A DNA stretch of 64,000 nucleotides, from positions 1,440,001 through 1,504,000 of the forward strand of contig OZ245020.1 of assembly GCA_965223865.1 (NCBI GenBank), read 5' to 3'. This DNA is from Nitrosarchaeum sp. (GTDB lineage: Archaea > Thermoproteota > Nitrososphaeria > Nitrososphaerales > Nitrosopumilaceae). The notes under the pieces were generated by a model that worked only from the letters and a program-made list of their open reading frames with translations, did not search any database and was not told the DNA's origin. This document shows, one piece after another, positions 59,188-64,000 of the stretch; positions within the stretch are counted from its first letter, which is position 1, and each line of letters starts with the position of its first letter. Made by a program: the position numbers and the translations under genes.

Positions 59188-59331
59188 ATGACAATAGGAT
59201 ATTGTGTTAAGTGCCGAGATAAAAGAGACATCAAAGGCGCAAAACCATACACCATGAAAAATGGAAAACCTGCAATAAAAGGCACCTGCCCAACTTGCAA
59301 GACAGCCATTTTTAGAATCGGCAGGGGCTAG
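59188..59331 (+). CDS. 47-aa DUF5679-like zinc-ribbon protein
   Basis: MTIGYCVKCRDKRDIKGAKPYTMKNGKPAIKGTCPTCKTAIFRIGRG. Confidence 0.85.
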   Translation: MTIGYCVKCRDKRDIKGAKPYTMKNGKPAIKGTCPTCKTAIFRIGRG

Positions 59332-59338
59332 AAAAAAT

Positions 59339-59590
59339 TTAGTACTGCCATTCATCTGTAATGCCATTCCACAACAAACGCAATGCAGATGGATCTTTTT
59401 CTATTTCTTGAGATATTCTATTTTGTAATGCAAAAAAGAAATTTTCTAAAGCATCAATGCCACCATCAAGGTAAATTTCTTTTCCAATTTCTGTAATCCG
59501 TTTTTGTTTTTCAGATATTTCAGAAGAATTAGGATTTCCTAAACAAAAGGTCATCAAATCCATTAATTCTTCTTCAAGCATGAAGTCCAT
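59339..59590 (-). CDS. Hypothetical protein
   Basis: 83-aa ORF. Confidence 0.7.
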   Translation of the reverse strand: MDFMLEEELMDLMTFCLGNPNSSEISEKQKRITEIGKEIYLDGGIDALENFFFALQNRISQEIEKDPSALRLLWNGITDEWQY

Positions 59591-59756
59591 TGATAAAATA
59601 TGGACTTTTTATACCTTATAACTCATTTTGGCCTAGAGTTAATTCTTTATCAGAAAAACCACCAAGTAAAACAATGTAAATGATGATTGTAAAATAGGCA
59701 TACATTAAACCGATCTTTAAACAACAGTAATATCATAATAAAATTAGCATAAATCA

Positions 59757-60023
59757 TTGAATGAAGTCACCAAAATCAAAATGAAAACATTGGAGGCAAA
59801 TATAGCAAAGTTATTAGAAACAATTAAGGAAGATATTGATCCGATTAATGCAATAAAAATTTACGAAAATTTGATAACTACAATCAAAACAGAAATTGAA
59901 AAAAATAAGCACCCTACAAAAACATGCAGTTCTTGTGGAGACTCTTTGAAAGATTGGGAAAAGAACATTTGTGGCCCCTGCAAAATAAAAGATGACAAAT
60001 ATCCCGAAGAGATGGAAGACTAG
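59757..60023 (+). CDS. Small protein with C-terminal CxxC...CxxC finger
   Basis: CSSCG...CGPC. Confidence 0.7.
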   Translation: MNEVTKIKMKTLEANIAKLLETIKEDIDPINAIKIYENLITTIKTEIEKNKHPTKTCSSCGDSLKDWEKNICGPCKIKDDKYPEEMED

Positions 60024-60060
60024 AAATATAGTTTATCAATTCTGTAATATTGGGCCAATC

Positions 60061-60210
60061 ATGAAAATTGAAGAAAAAGAAGAGATAATTCAAGAATTTA
60101 AAGAAATGATAGTGCACATGGATGTAAACACTCCAGATGAAATTAACGATAAGATTGCAGATATTACTAAAAGGGTCAGAAGATTATACATTACTGGTAG
60201 AGATGAATGA
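60061..60210 (+). CDS. 49-aa helical microprotein
   Basis: Internal ATG of ORF 59992..60210; similar to 60271..60411. Confidence 0.6.
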   Translation: MKIEEKEEIIQEFKEMIVHMDVNTPDEINDKIADITKRVRRLYITGRDE

Positions 60211-60270
60211 TTTAAATTTACATTTGATGAATAAATAACTGATTTATTAAATTTCGTAAGCTCGATATTT

Positions 60271-60411
60271 CTAGACTGTATGAATCAGAGGTCTAATTTT
60301 ATGAACTATATTTTGTAAATTAGATTCAATCTCATCAGATGGACTTTTGTCAAGCTGGTTAAGTATGCATATGAAATCATTCAATATCTCATATTTTGTA
60401 GACTTTTTCAT
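60271..60411 (-). CDS. 46-aa helical microprotein
   Basis: Internal ATG of ORF 60271..60504; similar to 60061..60210. Confidence 0.55.
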   Translation of the reverse strand: MKKSTKYEILNDFICILNQLDKSPSDEIESNLQNIVHKIRPLIHTV

Positions 60412-60586
60412 GAAATTCAGGTTGTTAGCATTGCCTAAAAAGTTCATTATTAAATTATTCTTGTTCTGTTCAAAGCTTAATTTTGAAAACAACAATACAA
60501 TCAAAAATCAGGCTCATGAGAGACATTTCACTAAAAACCGAGCATTTCTAACCTTAATGTAGAGTAACATAATAATTTTTTTTATC

Positions 60587-60844
60587 TTGGAAAGAAAACA
60601 CACAAGAAGTTGGGCATGGTTTCTACTTCCTGTATTTGTTCATATTGTAGGGGGAGTAATTGCATATTATGCACTAAAACCTGACGAACCCAGAATGGCA
60701 AAAGATTGCCTTTACATCGGAATTGTTCTTTCAGGAATTAACATTGGAGGATTTTTACTATTGTTATCAATGGGATTACTAATTGGAGAACATTCCATGA
60801 TATCTGAATTTGAGAAAGATTACAGATGGGATTTTGAAATTTAA
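60587..60844 (+). CDS. Small two-TM membrane protein
   Basis: AWFLLP...GGVIAYY. Confidence 0.7.
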   Translation: MERKHTRSWAWFLLPVFVHIVGGVIAYYALKPDEPRMAKDCLYIGIVLSGINIGGFLLLLSMGLLIGEHSMISEFEKDYRWDFEI

Positions 60845-60985
60845 ATTTCTAAAAACTATTGATGGTAAATAAAGAATAATTTTAAAGAACAAAATATTAC
60901 TCGTTAAAATTTGGATGAATACAAAAATAAATCGTGTTTAGCATTTCATTTTTTATCTACAGAAAAAGATTTGAAGAAAATAAAA

Positions 60986-62074
60986 TTAGAACTGATTTCT
61001 CGATTTAAAATATGTGTTTATTTTAAATCCAATTAAGGCTGGAGCTGCAATGTACATTCCCAAATTCAAGGCAATAACTGAAATTCCCAATCCTAATACT
61101 TCGGCTTCTGAACCTTCTTCAGCCAATGTCATAATAGAGAGAGAAGATATCATTGGAGTGATAAAGGCTCTAACTGCTTCTTGGAAGATAGGATTTTCTC
61201 TTTCCATGTCAGCAATTGTTGGTGAGAATGAATAATACAATTGGTTAAAGCCAGTCATAAATGAGGTTCCTGATGCAGTACTCATTACAGTATTGTCTCT
61301 AATTTCTCTAAGGAATTGTACTTGTGGAGCCAATTCTGTACCATAAGCTGCAGTTGCAATAAGACATCCTCCTCCTTTTTCATTAATCTCTTGTATGCCT
61401 TCTGACCCTTTCTCAACTATTGTCTCACCTGTTTCTGCACCCTTACTGACTACGACTTCTCCTATTACTGCACCTTTTTCAACAGCCTCAGATCCTTTCT
61501 CTATAATTACATCACCTGCTTTTTCTCCAGTTTCTACAATGACTTGGCCAGCTTTTGTACCCGTTTCTATCACAACTTCGCCTGCCTGAGTTCCAGATTC
61601 CACTATTACCTCACCTGTTTTTTCTCCAGCAATAACTATTGCCTCTCCTGCATCAGATACTTTTTCTTCTAGCGGATCAGGGTTTATGAAAAAATTTAAT
61701 TTTGTGGTTTTGTCGTCATAAATTGCTTCAACAACATAGGTAATTCCTTTTGCAATATTTGTTTTAGATGTATCTATACGAAAATCAAAAGTCCATGCTG
61801 TATTTTCAAAATATTCAACAGTAGATAAACTGGGGGTAAGACTTGCCTCCCAAAGTACATCTCCGGTTGTCTGTTCAGATAATGTTACATATACAAATTC
61901 TTCTTCTATAAGATCAGCCCCGTAAAGATATCCTTCATAATTAATTACATCACCATACTCTATGTTTCTATTATCAGAATTCAAAGCCAATTTACCTTCC
62001 CAGGCAAAAGATGAGGGAATAAAAGTAATAGATGCGATTAAGACTAGTGATAGAACTAACAAAATCTTATACAC
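60986..62074 (-). CDS. CFI-box-CTERM surface protein with 11-aa repeat stalk
   Basis: Signal peptide; G[EQD]V[IV][VI]E.G..A repeats; GGGCLIATAAYGTELAPQVQ. Confidence 0.88.
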   Translation of the reverse strand: MYKILLVLSLVLIASITFIPSSFAWEGKLALNSDNRNIEYGDVINYEGYLYGADLIEEEFVYVTLSEQTTGDVLWEASLTPSLSTVEYFENTAWTFDFRIDTSKTNIAKGITYVVEAIYDDKTTKLNFFINPDPLEEKVSDAGEAIVIAGEKTGEVIVESGTQAGEVVIETGTKAGQVIVETGEKAGDVIIEKGSEAVEKGAVIGEVVVSKGAETGETIVEKGSEGIQEINEKGGGCLIATAAYGTELAPQVQFLREIRDNTVMSTASGTSFMTGFNQLYYSFSPTIADMERENPIFQEAVRAFITPMISSLSIMTLAEEGSEAEVLGLGISVIALNLGMYIAAPALIGFKINTYFKSRNQF

Positions 62075-62283
62075 ATCGTATTTTGTTAAAGTAAATTACT
62101 TATTTGTTACTAGGTATGTGTATTGTAAAACCAATCACATAATGATCTCTTTAAAAGAAATACATTAAAAAATGTTAAAAAACCTTAGTTTTTCACATGC
62201 TATTAATGAGACACTTAGAAAAGGCTTCAAATAAAAACCAAAATTTCAGTTGAAAAATATATACGAATTATTAAAGATAGTTT

Positions 62284-62907
62284 ATGGTTCGCTATTTGCT
62301 ACCTAGATTAGCCTACAACTATGATGAGCTAGAACCATTTATTGACAAGCAAACCATGGAAATACATCATCAAAAACACCATCAAGCATATGTTGATGGA
62401 TTAAATAAAACTCTTGAACAGATAGGAGGCGAATCACATCCACAATACATCTCGTCTATCCTTTCAGATCTAGGAAATATTCCAAAATCTGCAAGAAGTG
62501 CAGTAAATTTTTTTGGAGGAGGTTTTGAAAACCACAAACTATTCTGGGAGACAATGTCACCTAGAAGCGACCAAAGTCCTCAAGGAAAGCTTGCTGATGC
62601 TATTGATGTTTATTTTAATAGTTTTGATTCTTTCAAAGAGATATTTACAAAAAAATCCTTGTCAATACAAGGGAGTGGCTGGTGTTGGCTAGTCTTTAAT
62701 CAAACTTTTAACAGAATTGAAATTATCACTACCCCAAATCAAGATAGTCCATGGACATTAAGAAAAATCCCACTTTTAGGTTTGGATGTATGGGAGCATG
62801 CATATTATCTAAAATATCAAAACAATAGAGCAGAATATATCAAAAATTGGTGGAATGTCATAAATTGGGAGTTTATTCAAAATCGTTTTTCAGAGTTGGT
62901 TGAATAA
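62284..62907 (+). CDS. sod: Fe/Mn superoxide dismutase
   Basis: HHQKHHQAY, NH.LFW, GSGW, DVWEHAYY. Confidence 0.96.
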   Translation: MVRYLLPRLAYNYDELEPFIDKQTMEIHHQKHHQAYVDGLNKTLEQIGGESHPQYISSILSDLGNIPKSARSAVNFFGGGFENHKLFWETMSPRSDQSPQGKLADAIDVYFNSFDSFKEIFTKKSLSIQGSGWCWLVFNQTFNRIEIITTPNQDSPWTLRKIPLLGLDVWEHAYYLKYQNNRAEYIKNWWNVINWEFIQNRFSELVE

Positions 62908-62955
62908 TCACAATTTGGACAAATTCTTTTAAATAAAATTGAGTTTTTTTTCTCA

Positions 62956-64000
62956 ATGAGCAAGAGTCTAAAATACTTAGCATTACTGGCTCTAGTACCA
63001 TTGCTTACGGCAGGTTTGTCATCAAACTACATTATTGATGCAGATGCAGCTAAAAGTCAAGGTTCTAATGCCCCAGGAAGACTAGGTGGAGATTCATATG
63101 GTTCTAAAAACAGTAGCATTGTTTGTGGAGATGTTTTATGTAAAGACTATCCAGGAGGCAAAGCAGGATGGGATGAAGATCGAGGCAAATCACAAATTAC
63201 TATAACACCTCAATCTACAGCTACTGATACTCCCAAACCTTCTATGACAACTGAGGGTTCTGAAACTTCTGATCTTACAGAAAAAGATCTAGGTTCAGTA
63301 CTTAGATTATCAAGAGCAAATGTTCCAGCTGAGATTCCAATGCATACAGGATTCTACGATGGAGGTAAAGTTCACTAGATCATTACTGACTCTAGTGATC
63401 CAACGCATGCTGAAATAATTACAGAGAATCAAGGTTGGAAAGTAGAACTAGCTCCTCTTTTGGTCCAAACACCATCTGAAGCACTATCTAAAACATACAT
63501 GTTTACAAATGGTGTTAGTGGGGATGGCGTACATGGCTTCCAAGGAGAAGTTTTTACTAGTACTCCTGCACAACCAGAAATTTACAGTGCATTAACTTCT
63601 CACGTACATGTTACATGAAATGATGAAAGCCAATCAAGAGTACTTGATTCAGAAGCTAAAATCCTAGATGCAGCTGATAGTGGTGAAGTCTCACTTGCAG
63701 AGGTTCCAGTAGTATTGAATATGCCTCAAATTGTTTGGCCTGATGGTCAGATGATGGTCAAAGAAGACAAAACTTTAACTGATGAAACACCATATGGTGG
63801 CGGTCAAGTTCTAGATATCGATACTGAAAACAATACTGTAACATTCATAGCTCATCGTGGGTGGGGTCCAGATGGTAGAACTATCTACTATATTGTAACT
63901 GATGCAACCCCTAGTGGTCCAGCAGGAATGATGGGAGTAACTAGTGCACCTACATCAGCCAGTTTGATTGTAAATGCAGCAGCAGTAGATTTGTTTCAAT
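62956..64000 (+). pseudogene. Secreted repeat-domain protein with two in-frame stops (runs off window)
   Basis: Frame continues through TAG 63376-63378 and TGA 63616-63618; G.[KT][VI].YI.TD module repeats. Confidence 0.8.

Noticed and set aside
63376-63618. Stop-codon reassignment, pyrrolysine or selenocysteine
   Set aside because: TAG and TGA end normal genes throughout the window, and an internal TAA also occurs (21477); expected residues are Tyr and Trp
1-64000. IS elements, integrases, provirus, defence systems
   Set aside because: No transposase, recombinase, capsid or recognisable defence proteins seen

Overview
AT-rich archaeal chromosome segment, almost certainly a Nitrosopumilaceae ammonia-oxidising thaumarchaeote (TFB, aEF-2 with the diphthamide loop, PurP, futalosine-pathway genes, PEFG-CTERM and three CFI-box-CTERM surface proteins). 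Intact housekeeping genes (purF/L/Q/S, purP, tatC/tatA, ubiX, EF-2, mqnD, mqnE-like, SOD) are mixed with many small hypothetical genes. At least five accessory genes are broken by indels or internal stops. Two giant repeat proteins are present: a 42-aa-unit coiled coil with a histone-H1-like tail, and an NHL/FN3 surface protein with a ~1 kb internal duplication. The main unexplained signal is about ten intergenic elements that fold by eye into stem-closed RNAs. Most have a TATA-like box ~30 nt upstream, a strand set by G-U pairs, and often a T-tract. Two share a ~80% identical promoter/5' module, and two others share a motif complementary to the known 5' end of archaeal amoA. One C/D-box sRNA candidate and about ten ORFs under 60 aa missing from the ORF track were also found. 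No rRNA, tRNA, CRISPR array or transposase was seen. All folding and alignments were done by eye and need computational confirmation.
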